From Lama guanicoe (Eukaryota): 64,000 nucleotides of DNA. A model generated the notes under the pieces. It made no database searches. It was not told where the DNA came from and was given only the letters and a program-made list of their open reading frames with translations. Shown here piece after piece: positions 23,630 through 37,012 of the stretch; positions within the stretch are counted from its first letter, which is position 1, and every line of letters begins with the position of its first letter. The position numbers were made by a program, and so were the translations under genes. The DNA lies in NCBI GenBank assembly GCA_013239625.1, contig MU054400.1, forward strand, positions 4,775,802 through 4,839,801, in the 5' to 3' direction.

Positions 23630-26600
23630 CCATCCCGTAGAGGAGTCAGAGAACATGGTACACCTTGGGCCATCTTTCTGTTCCCCTAAATCTTCAGGAA
23701 AATTACCTAATGAGTTCTGATGTGATTGAGGGTCCCAGGACCAGATTCCTCAGGTTTCCCCCATTGAGAGTTTTATGGTCAAAAGTTCATAACATCTTTT
23801 TTGTGCCAGATAAATTTAGTAAGACCAATGGGATGCTAGCATTTGGTGAATGATAAATGAAAAATAAGTAATTTACATGCTCCTCGATTGACAAATAAAA
23901 ATCTCCATATGTTGACTTCTAGAAATTAGCTAACACCTTCGCTCTTCCCCTGAATACTGTCTAGATTTTCATCACTGAATATGATAGAACATTTGTAGTT
24001 TCAGCCCTGTATGAAAGGCACTCTTCTGTTAACAATTGTGTTAAAAACAAAGACCAGTGGAATTAGTTTTTTAATTGCAGAAAATGTTTGTTTATAAATG
24101 GCCAGCATGATTACTACCAGCAGAATTTTATTATGATTTGTTTGCGGTAAAAGAATTAATATCTGAAACAGCTGGAAAACTGCTTCTACCCAAAAAAAGT
24201 ATTCCTCTTGCATATTATGTGATTAATTCTCATAGAAATTGAAGTCGGTAATCTTTCATATTCTGGAAATATGAAAAGGCAATTTCCTAGGTCTTAGCCA
24301 TTGGCTGCTGGTTGCTTTCTTAGTTTATCCTTTTCTAATCTTGCCAAGCCAGTGATGTAAGTGGCTTAAAGGGGAAGCTAAATGTAATATTAAGCAGCAT
24401 TGAGACGTTGGCTTTCCTTCCAGGAAGTCTTTAAGTGAATAAAAAGCAGCGTTAGGAACATCGTGGCGCTCATTGGAATACCACTGACTCGGCCATTGTA
24501 TGCATGGCTGGCCTACTGTGTGCACAGAACCTGGGATTGATTAGCTTCTCCTGTGATGGTGAGGGAGCAGAGTGTTTCGTGCTGCTCTGAAGAAGGGAAG
24601 GCCTGTTCACCCCATACCTACCTGCAGAAAGTGCACTTGTTAAATATGCTTTATAAAACACGCAGCAAGATAATCTTAGACGTTCATGTTTCAAAACAGC
24701 TGGCTTATTTAATGAGAAAACCTCTGCGTTTTGGTACCCCCGATGGCCGTGGTGGTAGTTCGTACGTGTGGTCTACACTTGTGTTTCCACTCCATACATC
24801 ACAGCAGCGGCACTCAGAGGGCACTCAGTAGAGGCGTGTGTCATTGAATTGAGCTCAGGTGAGGCGAAGCTCCTTTGTTCCGCAACCCCAACCTCTTGGA
24901 ACCGGCAGCTGAGTTCAGACTGCTGTTCGGAATGGGCCTGGAGCAGCGGCATGCTGGTGATGGTAACTGTGCTCCGTACCTGCGCACAGGCCCCTGGCTG
25001 CCTTCAGTGTGTGCTCAGCATCTCGCACCCTCCTCAGAAGGGCTGGTGTCAGCTTGCTTCTCTGTTCCTTTTTTCATTGTTTATTTTGGGAAAGATGATG
25101 GGGGCGATAGAGGAGCTTCAAGCATGTGCAGAAAAGTAAGAGGAAGGCATTATTTCCCCCAGAAAGTGCATCTGGCTTTACATGGACTCACCCTGGTAAC
25201 CGGCTGTCAGCGCGGCCGTGGCACAGTCACAGCACGCGTCCCACAGGCAGACTGTCACTCCTTTCCGTGCTCTGCCCTGCCTTGTCTTTACCTGGATTCA
25301 GCTCCCCCAGAGAGAAAAATGGCCATTCAGATCCTGCGTCTGTCACCAGGATGTGACAGGAACTTGTCACTATTTTTGACTCTCACTGCACTGAAGCAGA
25401 CATTTCTAGTCTGCATTCTTCTCATATGAAAACCAGGAGAGTGGCTGTTGCACTCTGCCGAGTCAGGGAATGCAGGAGAGGAGAGGAACTGGACGGTGCA
25501 GAGGGCACAACCCTGTGTGCCTTTCTGGGTTGGCTCTTCCTACCAGCGAAGCTAGAAAAAGCACATTGACACACGCACGCGCGGACCCGCGCTCCCGCAC
25601 ACACAGGCCGGTGCGCGCGCACATCGGGGAGCGCGTGCGAGGGGCCCGCGCCTGTCAGGCGCTGGTGGACGCCCTTCTCCGATGGCGCTGTGCCGGGCAC
25701 CGTGTGGGGGAGCCTGTGGACGGCGGGATGGTCCTTGCCCTCGGACTGCTTTTGGACAGACACACAGACATTTCAGTATAACAGCCTCTCGTGCTGCAAC
25801 CACTGCTGTGATGGATGCTCCAGTGCTCCGGAAACACGGACGTCTAGGGATTAAAGAAACCAAGGAAAGCTTTTCAGAGGTGATCATTTTAAATGATTGT
25901 ACTTTGACAGATGAAGGAGGGAAGGCACATTTCAAGAAGAGGAGAAGGCGTGTGTGTGTGTGTGTTGGGGGACGTTCTGGACGCCCCTGTAGCTGACCTG
26001 TGGCGTAGGTGTTTCTCAGGGGAAAGAGAACATGCAGCTGGAAAGGATCCAGATGGTGAAAAACCTCGAATGTCTTAGGTTTTGTTCTAGCAAACACTGG
26101 GGACCATCAAAAGTGTCAGCTTCCCTTTATCCCATGTCTCTTCACTGACCATCTTCCCTTCTGTAAAACTGTGCCTCCTGCAACCAAGACTGTCTTCCTT
26201 ACGCAGAAATCCAGACACTGCGTCCAGGTCTTCCCAACCTCCTCCTTTCCTTCCCACTTTAACTCTAGGTATGCAAAAGCTTAATAGCTGCTTTCAAAAT
26301 CACTGTAGAAGTTAACAGACAGAACATAAATATGTACACACATCGCAGCATTGTTTGTGACGCAAGAAATGGAGCCACCTTAAGTGTCCATCCTCAGCGG
26401 GCTGGCTAAATGAATTACGACCTATCTAACTAATCAGTATTATTCAGGTATCCCAAAGGTTTCACTTACAGACATGGGCAACTGTTCACAATCTATTATT
26501 AGGTGAATAGAGCAAGTGACAGGATAGAAGATCGTGGTCATGTTTTGGCTTTCCAAATTGCTTATCTCCATTTATGGATTCATAGAGAGAAGCTTAGAAG

Positions 26601-27718
26601 GAAATCCACCAGTTTCGAGTAGGGCCAACACTGAGTAGTGGAACTTGGGGGAAGGGGCGGGAAAGGGAGGACTTCATTTTTCTACCATATTGACCCAGCA
26701 CATATCCTATGTTGTTTGGATATTCTAAATGAGCAAGAGTTACCTTCAGAACAAAAAAAAAACCCTATATTTGCACATCAACAGCATGAAACAGAGACAC
26801 CCAAAGTTTCTCAGTTCATAGCATCCAGAGTGTCTCAGTAATTTTTTTCATGGTTCCCCCAGCGCAAAAGAAATACCCCAGGTTCTGTTTATTAGGTAGT
26901 TTCAATCCAGCTGAAAGAAAATTAGTATTTTTATTTCACTCTTATATAACCATGCTTGGGTCCTAATGGGACTCACAACCCCGCAAACCTTGGACTCAAG
27001 AGTGGACACCTCCAGCCTTGTTTCCTGTTCTACATGGATTTTTCTCAAGCTGTTTGCTTCCTGTCACAGCAGCTGCCAAACCCTTGCTCTGCACACGTGA
27101 CATTGAGAGGAAGGCAGTGCGAGCTCATTTGAGACACTGACCTACCTGGAGCTGGTCGTTCCCCTGGTGTCTGAACCTGCTGGTTCCATCAAAAATTTAA
27201 AATATTCCTCAGCACCCTGGGAATTCACTGCAGGGCCGCGAGATGCCTTGGCACCCAGTTTGGAAATCATAGGCATAGAAAGTGGTTGGGTACGGCCTTG
27301 GAATGTCACCTCACTAGCACGTCCTCAGTGGCTGTCCTGCCATGGCTTCTTCCCTTGCTGCATCTAAATTTGAGCTGTGCTGCAGATCTTGCCGGAACTT
27401 TGGGGCCCTCCAGCCCTGACTCATGCCTCCTTTCTGCCAGCGCAGCAGGAGACCTAATTTAGTTATCTGATGATAAGCCTCCCACTCTTTCATCCTTTGA
27501 AATTTTTTTTTTAAAGTGACGCTTTCAACGGAAAAACACTTGAAAACATTTTGCGTCCCTCGCCGCCCCCAGGGGATGGCAAAGTTTCTGGAGAAGGGAG
27601 ACCTCGCCTCCTGTTTCTTCCCAGTGGCTCCCAGATCCTCACACAGCGCTGACCCTGCGGGATCCCTCCATAACTGCCATCCTCAGCAACAGTCCTGGGT
27701 CTTCTTTGTCTCTTCCAG

Positions 27719-27817
27719 TATGGACGGACACCTCTGCACCTTGCAGCCAACAACGGGATTCTGGACGTGGTCCGCTACCTCTGTCTGACAGGCGCCAACG
27801 TGGAGGCGCTGACCTCG
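27719..27817 (+). CDS. DAPK1: DAPK1 exon 18, ankyrin repeat (YGRTPLHLAANNG...EALTS)
   Basis: tcttccag| ... |gtgagt; 99 nt. Confidence 0.97.
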
Positions 27818-28558
27818 GTGAGTAGCCTTCTGGCAGGAGAAGGCGATTGCAAATGTCTTAGGCCTCGAGGGCACAGGGGAGAAGGTACTGCTTGGCAGCT
27901 GCACTCCAAAGCAGACAGGCAGCTGCAAAGCTTCAGCTCCTTCAGTGCAGTTACATAAACATTTGCCCACACAGACCCAGGGTAAGAGCTCGTTAATGCT
28001 TCCTCCTCTCCTCCCCAGGCCCGCGCGCTGCCAGGAACACCTGCTGTTTCCCACTGGCCTCTGCGCTTCCCGTGTTACACAACAGGCCTTGGTGGGTTTC
28101 ATTAGATGTGTGTGTTTATCTGTCCTGACCGTGCCCCCCTCCACCGCAGGCCACTGGAGGTGCTGCGGGCTCTCGGGGAGGGAGGAGGAAGGCCGCTCGG
28201 TGTCGGGGGAACAGGTGACAAGAGATGTTGTCTTCTTTAAAGTAAAGTCTGGCTTTGCTCTTCAGCCCACAACATATTTTAAAATGAGATTTCTTTCATT
28301 TCCCTCGCTCCCGACACTCCCCTCTCCAGACCTGGTACCTCCCTGCAGAAGATGCCCTTCGATTCACATTTTACTGATGCAGTGAAATATTATCATGAGT
28401 TGTTTCTGGCCCAATAGGGGGTTGCGTCTCCATTCTCTCGTGTGGAAGATTCCTGACACTCACTAGAGTTTAGTGCTTCCTCCAAGGAGATCCATTGGAG
28501 TTCTGAAATACGGCGGCCAACCTTGGGAAAATCAGGTCTCTGAGGCTGGAGCGTCATA

Positions 28559-28782
28559 GAGGGGTTGGCAAACTGTGGACCACAGGCCATATCCAACCTG
28601 CTGCCTGCTTCTGTTAATAAGGTTTTATTGGGACAACAGCCAAGCTCACTGTTTATATGTCGTCTGTGGCCATCTTCACTCTACAAGGGCAGAGTTGAAT
28701 AGTTGCACCAGGGACCCTGTGGCCCTCAGAACCCCAAATATCTACTCTCTGGCCCTTTACAGAGAATGTTTGCTGACCCCTG
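28559..28782. mobile_element. hAT MITE, MER58A-like
   Basis: Terminal inverted repeats ggggttggcaaac / gtttgctgacccctg. Confidence 0.8.
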
Positions 28783-29742
28783 GCCTAGGACGGTGCATCC
28801 CTGGTGGTGCTGATGTGAAGTGGACATCACCCCCTCCCACGGGCAGTGGGTCCGTTCTCTGCAGTGTTAAGCCCCGAGCTGGGCCCTTCTGCAGGCCCAG
28901 TGAGGTCCAGTGCTCTACACGGGATTGTCCCCTTCTGAGGGCACCTCCTCGTCCATCACAGACCCACCCTCGGCCACGCATGGACTTCCACGCCTGATGT
29001 GCCGTTCCCAAACCCAGCCCATCCGCATCTTGGCATGCAGTTCAGTTACTCCACAATAGAGCGTGTAGTGGCATTTTTATGAGGAAAAGTATTTTGTCTG
29101 TTACAGATGTTGCCTCATAAAAAGTGAACTGTCGAGGACAGCTGGGAAGGTGCCAGCAGCTGCCCCGCCAACCCCGGCAGTGTGGGTCGGGCCTCTAAAA
29201 TGTCTGGCCTTTGGCCTTTGCCGGGTCCTCGGGCTGCCCCCTGACCTCTGTGAGCCCACGGCCATCTCCCTTTGCCCTCCCCACGGCAGCTGTTTCCTTG
29301 CCCCCAGCCTGGGCTTCCTCCTCAAGAGGGCCTCGGGGGTAGCTCTTGCTCCCCACCCTTCCCAGCTCACCGCAGACACTCCTCCCTGGTCCCCACGCGT
29401 CCGCCCCAGGGCTTTATTCATTCGGCAAATGCCGAGCAAATGCCGAGCACCGCGTACAGAACCGGGGACACGGTGGGACCACGACAGGCGAGCTGCCCCT
29501 CCCTCAGGAAACTTCCAGTCTCATGGGAGAGAGTCGGACCCAAGGGTCACAGCAGTAAATGGACAGCTGCTGGAGGGTACCAGTGGCAGTGAAGAACCCG
29601 GGTCCCCTGGGAGGGTTCAGGGGGCTGGGGAGCCCTCCTGGGAGAGTGGAGAGTGAAGGAAGGCCGGAGCTTGGAGGAGCGGAAGGACCGAGGGCTGGAG
29701 GCTGCCCGGAGAGGCCTGGCCGCGGCGGGGGTGCACGGCCGC

Positions 29743-29756
29743 CCAGCAGGGGGCGC
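29743..29756 (+). promoter_or_regulatory. CTCF core motif CCAGCAGGGGGCGC in a CpG-rich patch
   Basis: Matches the consensus CCASYAGRKGGCRS; binding is not shown. Confidence 0.55.
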
Positions 29757-31232
29757 TCGCACGGAGCGGGGAGCCAGGGAGCCGGGCGAGCTCCACGCCG
29801 GCGGCCAGTCTCCAGTAGAAGGACAGTGTGCCGCCCGTGTCCTCCTAACCTTTCTACTAGCCACGTCTGCAGAGGAAAAAGAAATAGGGGAAATTGAGTT
29901 CGGGAATTATGGTCTTTGCACGTAAGGTGCAAACGATTATCATTTTGACTTGTAACCAGCGTTTTTAAATCATTGAGCTATTTCACATTCTCTTGACTTA
30001 AGTCTTGGAGATCCGTGTGCGTTCTTCACCCACAGCACCTCTTAGCTCGGCCACGTTTTCGGCACCGAGCAGCCGTGTGTCGGGTGGGCGGCCGCCTGAT
30101 TGGACGGCACCGGCCAGCCGCTTTTCTCTGCCCCTTCGTCTCTCTCTGCCTGACACGCATCCTTTCTCCCATCCCACCTCACAGCCCTCCACTCTCTAGC
30201 GCCCTCTAGCCGTAACCTTCCCTCCGCTTCTGTCCTCAGCCAGGGTAACTGGAAAAAGTCTCCTGGCCCTCTGCTCATCTTTTTCCTTGCTTCCCGCCCC
30301 TCCTCCGCCGGCCACAGTCTGTCCTCAACTCCCCGTGACTCTCAGCAGAGTCCCCAGTCCCCTCCTGGGCGCGCTTTCCTTCAAAACCTTTTTATTGTTT
30401 AAAAAAAATTTTTTTTTAAGGATAAGAGCAAAAGTAAGGCTTGATGAATTTGACGAACACTTTTGTAACCCCACGAAGGTAAAGAAACAGAATCTTCGAG
30501 GCCACCCCAGAAGCCCTCAGTGGCCTGTCCTGGCTGCAACCCTCCTCCCTCCGCCCCCTGCTCCTCTCACCAGCCCCAGGGCTGCAGCTGCCCTGGAGGC
30601 TCAGGGCTGCGTCCAGGTCTCCAGCCCCACTTGTCCCCGGAGCGCCACACTCAGACCCAGCCTGGTGGATGCCACCTCCGAAGCCCACCCCTCTCCCCCA
30701 CCTCCATGCGCTGCGTCCTCTCCCTCCGGGGCTGCTCTTCGCCCTCAGTGTCTGACCTTCGCACAGGGCTTCCACGTGCATCCGGTCGTCTGGGCCAGGA
30801 AGCGTGGACACTGTTCCCCAGCATCGTACTGGTGGCCACATCCTGGCTTCTTCTTGAAATTCCAGCACTTCGTCCCCTGCCTCCACTTAGTTAAAAACTT
30901 CACTGTGGACATCCCCCAGGACCAGCTCAGCTTCGGAACTGGTCCCTCGCCCATGGCCTCATGGCCTTCCCACCACCACATTTATCATTCTGGAAAATTG
31001 CTCCCATTTCAAGTCATGCTGGGGCTCCATTGCCTCCAGGATGTGCCCTCCATAGCCTGACCGCCTCCCCCTGCCCACCTCATTCTTCACCCTGCACCCT
31101 CTCAGCTATACTGAACTGAACAGAGCTATTTGCCCCTCGCTTACTCGCACCTCATCCAGTTGGCACATGCTGTTCCCTCCCTCAGAATCTCCTGTTCCCA
31201 CCCGTCACCCCCTGCACATAGTGCCCCCACGT

Positions 31233-31256
31233 ACACACACACACACACACACACAC
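31233..31256 (+). repeat. (AC)n microsatellite
   Basis: Direct reading. Confidence 0.9.
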
Positions 31257-31539
31257 CCCTGCCATGAGGCAATAAAGCCTTTTTCTGCCTTCACAGTGCA
31301 AGACTTTCAGTGCCTAACACCCAGGCACATAATAGCACATGCTGTTAGTGTCAGGAAAATTCTAGGACACTAACTCCTTCTCACCTCCCAGTATTCAGCT
31401 GGAGGCCCAGGACACCTCCTCTTTCCCACCTCCCTCAGCAGGTATGATTTGCCCCCTTTCTTGGTCTGTTGGAATTGACTGCTGATTCTCCCATAAGGCT
31501 GTGAGCCCCTGACCATGATCACATGTGATCTGTCGTGGC

Positions 31540-31935
31540 CTGGAAACTGGTCTCCCTGCTTCCACCTTCCCCTGTCCACAGTCTGTTCCTCATGCAGCAG
31601 CCTGCCTGGCCCTGTTCAGACATGAGTCAGATTGTGTCCCACATCTGCTCGAACCTTCCTTTAGGGTAAAAGTCCTTATGATGGGGATGCCCTTAAAGAT
31701 CCACATTGCCTCCCTGACCCCATCTCTTGCTCTTCCTCCTCCTCTTGGCTCCACCTGTACCAGTTACATGAGCGTCCTGGTATTCTTCAAACATGACAAT
31801 CATCCTGCTGCCTCAGGGCCTTTGCACTTGCTGTTCTTGGCAAGACTTCCTCAGGTATATAAATGGCTTACTCTCTCACTGTTTTCAAGTTTTGACTCAA
31901 ATATCACCTTCTCAGTGAAGCCTCTCAGACCACTG
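31540..31935 (+). mobile_element. L2 fragment
   Basis: cctcagggcctttgcacttgctgttc and ctcaaatatcaccttctcagtgaagcct are L2 3' motifs. Confidence 0.65.
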
Positions 31936-32249
31936 TTTGTAACAAAAAGAGCAGTGAGTGCTAGGATCGCTCATGAACCAGCTGCGGAGCTGGTATCTTG
32001 CTCCGGGGTGCCTGGTGAAACAAGGCCAGAATGCAGACATCCAGCTCCCACCCCTTTCCCTCTGGGACAGAAAGCCAGGGAGTTGGAGGACTCGCACCTC
32101 TTTCGTAACGGTTACTGCTGCTTGCTTTTTCTGTGCCTGGTACATTGTTGGTTCTTTCCATTTGGTTTTCTCTAATCTACTCAAGAACCTGTGCTGAGAG
32201 GGTGGCGGAAGAGACCCAGGTCCGGGAGGCTGAGGGACTGACCACACAG

Positions 32250-32263
32250 CCAGTAGGGGGCAG
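32250..32263 (+). promoter_or_regulatory. CTCF core motif CCAGTAGGGGGCAG in MIR-like sequence
   Basis: Matches the consensus CCASYAGRKGGCRS; binding is not shown. Confidence 0.5.
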
Positions 32264-32992
32264 AATCCGGACCTAAACCCGGGCCCTTCTCACTCCAGTG
32301 TTTAAACCTCTTCCCACTACACTGGCAAACATTTCTTATGCAAGCCTGAAATGAGTCCTTTAGAGCAACACGTTTTGCAAACTGTAAAGTGCTGCACAAA
32401 TGTAAGGACTTTTGTTGATGACAGTTTTCTTGTCATTTGAGAGGCTTAACCATGGAGGGTAGCTTCTGCCAGTGAAGGTCCTCTGCCTGTGTAATATGCA
32501 GATCTGAGGTCTTCAAGAGAAGCCTTAGGGCCAGTCACATCAGAAGACAAAAGTTTAAGTTGAGACCCAGACTTCTTCCAGCTCAGGCAGTGTTTCCAAA
32601 ATTGAGCTGTCCAATAGGATCACCTGTGAGGGCTTAGAAGCTCGATGTCCAGGTCACACCCCAGCAAGGTAGACGCTGAGTATCCATGTGGGAGCCAGGC
32701 AGCAAGAGTTCTTAAAGACCCCGGCGATTCTGATATGTGATGAGGTTTCGGGGCCACCAAAGTAAATCCTTTTCTCATCATGTCAGTAAGGATCTAGAGC
32801 ATGTGGCATGAATCCCCGGTTTAGATGTGATGTCTGACAAGTTACCTAATTCATCCCAAAGCAAACTAGAAGCTTTTACCTGCCTGTTGGAGCTACTGTG
32901 GGAGTTGAAGAGGGCAGAGAGAGATGGGCAGCTGGAGTGTAAAGCCTGCCTCCTCCAGAGTGCCCATCTGAGCTTGGACCACAGCCTGAAGC

Positions 32993-33205
32993 TCTGATTC
33001 TCAGCTGGGTGTTGCACCTGCCAGGGAACATTTGGCAAAGTCCAGAGAAACTGGGTTTTTACAACTGGTGGAAGTGGACTGCTACTGGTGTCTAATGGCA
33101 GAAGCCAGGGGTGCTGCTAAGCGTCCAGTAGCACACAGGACAGTCTCCCACAGCAGAGAACCGCCCTGTCTGAAATGTCAGTGGTGCCCAGGTTGAGAAA
33201 AGCTG
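32993..33205. mobile_element. hAT MITE, MER20-like
   Basis: ttctcagctggg...ccagggaacatttggcaa...aaatgtcagtggtgcccaggttgagaaa. Confidence 0.7.
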
Positions 33206-34178
33206 ATGTGATGGGACCCCACTCATGGCTGGGATTGTGACCTGCTGTCAGTCAGACCCGGGCATCCCTGAGCTTTAATCCCCTGGAATAGAACTTCTAG
33301 CTGTCATGGGCGAACATTGAGAGATAAGTCTTCTTGTTTAAGAAAAGGATTGCTTTTATTTCTTTTGAAACTGCTTCTCATCTTTTCTACTTTTGAATTG
33401 GTAATGATTTCTAAAACTGCAGCAGAACGGTCCCTCAGCCTGCAGTCCCTCCTCCGTTCCTCCCCCGCCGCCAGGAGCGGCTCTCAGGTTACCGCACACC
33501 GCGCACCGCGAGCTGGATCAGCATGGATTATTAGGAGGCGCTGGATAGACGCGAGCCCTCACCGTGCACGTCCACCGCCTAGAAACAGAAGCCAGTTCGT
33601 TCAATATGAAACTGCAGCCCTGTGAAAATTCTCTTAATTGAAAAGCAAACACCAAAGTGCTGTGGACCCTTATTTCCTCCTTTTATGTTCTCGGAAAACC
33701 TTTAGATCAAAATTGTCTGTAAAATTCAGCCTTTTCTTTGAAATGCACAGCAATTAGCTGTGCTTGATATGAGTGCTGAGGTTTGTCCACGGAAGGATTT
33801 TTAAGATGTTAGCTTCCACTAACTAGGACTTGGCAGCTAACGACAGTCTTTCTTGTCTGCCTAATTGGAGGGAGGTTTAGTCTGCCCACTAACAAGGTGC
33901 CGGGTCTGATTAAAGCCTGTGGGTCCGAGACATCTCGCCATTGGACCTCACGGCACCAATGCACAATTTTTTCCCTACTTCTTAGCTTCCTTTCCTGGAC
34001 AATCGAGTGAAATAAGGATACCACAGAAAGGGAAATAACCCAGGATATGGGTTTTTTGTCCACCACCGTATTTGCTTCTGGTGCCTGTTATGCTGTTTCT
34101 TCCCCAGATGGTGGAATTAGTGTATGGAACGCACAGCTCTCTGTTGTGAAGAAATAAACTAATCATTTTCTCCAACAG

Positions 34179-34256
34179 GATGGAAAGACAGCGGAAGATC
34201 TTGCTAAATCGGAACAGCACGAACATGTAGCAGGTCTTCTCACAAGACTCCGAAAG
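34179..34256 (+). CDS. DAPK1: DAPK1 exon 19 (DGKTAEDLAKSEQHEHVAGLLTRLRK)
   Basis: ctccaacag| ... |gtgaga; 78 nt. Confidence 0.97.
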
Positions 34257-35045
34257 GTGAGAGGTTCTGTTTGCCAGTCTGAAATCTGCTGCTTTTATGT
34301 GGAAAATTATGTCTTTTACCTGGTAAACCCTGAGAATGAACGAAAGAGGCTTTGGACACATGAGTGGACCAAAAGACATCTGTCCAGTGCTGTGGTTTGC
34401 ATATCAGTCTGTACCAGCGCATTGGCTACCTCTCCGGGTTCTTCTCTATCAGGACCTGGAAAGCCTTGGCCCCTTGGCAGTTGCTGTGCGGGGTTTCTGT
34501 CCTCCCACCTTCTCTCTAATACCTGCCCCCCACCAAGGAGAGGGGAAATGAGAAAGCTGACTCTGCTCCTTTCTTAATGTTCAGAGCTCTAAGATACCAC
34601 GTGAGCTCTAGTTCTTCAAACATCATTGCTCTGAGGTTTTAGGAAGCGTGACGAAAATAAGTAAATGCAGGTGTGCCGTTCTGGCCGCCATCATAACAAC
34701 GTATACTGAGAGATTTTGAAATTGTCACACCCTTTAAGTCAGGGATTCTATGTCTGTGCCTTCATCCTAAAGAAATGAAAGAAATGCAGGGGGAAAAGTT
34801 TTACACACAAAGATGTCCATTGCAGTGTTATTTATAATACAGTAGTAAAAATCACAAACATCAGATGACCAACAATAATGTCCAGTAAATTTTCATACAG
34901 CTATGAAATGGAATGGTTTGGGGCCATGTTTTTGAAGCGGTTTTAGTAACAAGAGTTTAATACCTAAGATGTTCCTGGGCTTCAAAGTAGAAGATGAATC
35001 ATGTGCACATTATAATCCAGGCTGTGTTTTTGAAAATGCATAGAA

Positions 35046-35194
35046 GAGGAAGGGTAGAGCTCAAGTGGTAGAGCGCATGCTTAGCGTGCACGAGTCCTGG
35101 GTTCAATCCCCAGTACGTCCTCTAAAAATAAATAAATAGACCTAATTACCCCGCCCCCTAAAAAACACATACAAAATAAAATATTTTTGAAAAA
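35046..35194 (+). mobile_element. tRNA-Ala-derived SINE (camelid Vic-1-like)
   Basis: A box (AGCTCAAGTGG), B box (GGTTCAATCC), A-rich tail; 14-bp TSD GAAAATGCATAGAA at 35032-35045 and 35195-35208. Confidence 0.9.
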
Positions 35195-36844
35195 GAAAAT
35201 GCATAGAAAGAAAATGTTAACAGCGGTGTCTCTGGATTTTGCTATTATAATTAACACTTTCTTGAAACATTACTATATTTTATCCAGATTTATCTATAAA
35301 TTATCCAAATTTCCTATACCAATCATGTAATAATGTTTCAAAAAACAAACTGTATAGAAATAAATAAAAAAAACTCAGTTGATTTAAGTGCTCGTTGAAA
35401 AGGTATTGTCCAAAATAAGCTTTAGAGTATCCCACAAAGTTCCTGCCGTATAAATGAAAAAGCGCCTGGGGGAGGAATGATAATGTGTTAGTTTCACAGC
35501 TAGGGAAAATTTGAATTTTTAGGGTGAGGTGACACCTAGGTTGGAGTGATCTCTTCCCTGGTGCTTGGCGTTGACCTGGGGAGGCTAATTCATTTTCACA
35601 CCTTCGTGTTTTGGAGTCTGTAAACAGAGGCGCTGGGCAGACAGCCGATGAACGCTGAGATTTCCCAGGCCACAGCAGGATCGTGTGCCCTGTGATCTAG
35701 AAGTTCCAGAAAGAGATCCCTCCTTATACTTTCTTACAGGAGATACTTAAATTTCTGGGCTTCATGTTCTCCCACTTTGTACTGCCACCAACTGTCTCAT
35801 TGTGAGAAGAATTTGGACTAGAGAAACAGGAAAACAGGAGTTGGGGGTGGGGGGTTAAGAGTCTGTCAGCAAATCAGCCATGAACTTTCACATCAAGTCT
35901 CTTATTCTGAAAATTCACTTTATTTGAAGCGACATGTCAGTCGAGTTCATCCAGATTGGCTCCGAGGCCAGCAGTTTGCAACCTTGGACTTTTGCTGGAT
36001 TTTACAGTAGGGAGCCCTGCATTTGAGTGTCGAGTCTTATGTTTATAGACAAAAATGTCTCAATGTAAGGGCTGTTTTAAATCGAGTCCTCATTAGAGTA
36101 TCCACCCAGAGTGGAAGGAAACTGAAATGAAATCTGGCCTTTCCACAGGCTGGATGATCATGCACACATTTTTTTACAGTTAATTATTTAGTCTCTAGTA
36201 TGGTCCGCTGGTAGAAAGAAACACTTTATTAGGCTTAACACCTTAGCAGGTGTATAAACATGCTGGGGCAGGTATTCTCAGGTTTTCCAAATTCCACAGA
36301 GAAGGGTTTTAGCCCACCTGCCACCCCCGGCGCCGCCATCCTGTCCTGAGTCCCAGCATCATCCTTGCCGGTGCTTTGTGGTCCCAGCTGATACACCAGC
36401 AGCACCCCTCACAAGCACAGCACTCAGGGCAGTCCGGCTGCCACACACTTTCTTGGATGGAGTGCTGTTCACCGCCTCAGAGACCTTTGATACACAGCAG
36501 TGACCCAGGGGAAGGTGCTGGGTCACTTAAGCAAAAATCAGCTGCAAACCCATGATCTCCGGTGGTTGGATGGTCACCCCGGAAACGCCATCCTCCGGCC
36601 TACTGACAAGGCTTTTTTTTGGACTCTGCTGTGTTTTATTGCCCACCTACCTTTTAGGAAGATAATTTCTTTTGTTTAAAAATGCATTGCTTCACTGGGT
36701 GCAAACTCAGATGTCCATTATGACAGGACAGAAAGAATGAATAAGTGCCCAGGAAAAAGACGGGAAGGAGAGTGCCTGACACCATGGCCAAGGTTGGATG
36801 GATTGGATTGGATTAATGGAGTTAAAAACACTTTTTCTGAGGCC

Positions 36845-36950
36845 GTTGGGTATAGCTCAGTGGTAGAGCACATGCTTAGCATGCACAAGGTCCTGGGCTC
36901 AATCCCCAGTGCCTCCATTTAAAAAAAAATAAATAAATAATAATAATAAT

Positions 36951-36993
<43 letters not shown>

Positions 36994-37012
36994 TAATAAT
37001 AAATAATAAAAT
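36845..37012 (+). mobile_element. tRNA-derived SINE with a tail expanded into a (TAA)n microsatellite
   Basis: gggtatagctcagtggtagagcacatgcttagcatgc...; (TAA)n at ~36930-37008. Confidence 0.9.

Noticed and set aside
30287-31060. 257-aa ORF as a novel protein
   Set aside because: Non-ATG start, Pro/Ala-rich with no recognisable domain, in GC-rich and partly repeat-like intron sequence.
31525-32175. 216-aa ORF
   Set aside because: Overlaps an L2 fragment, starts at a non-ATG codon and has no domain signal.
36845-36917. Functional tRNA-Ala gene
   Set aside because: It has an A-rich tail, a poor acceptor stem and six similar dispersed copies, some with TSDs, so it is a SINE.
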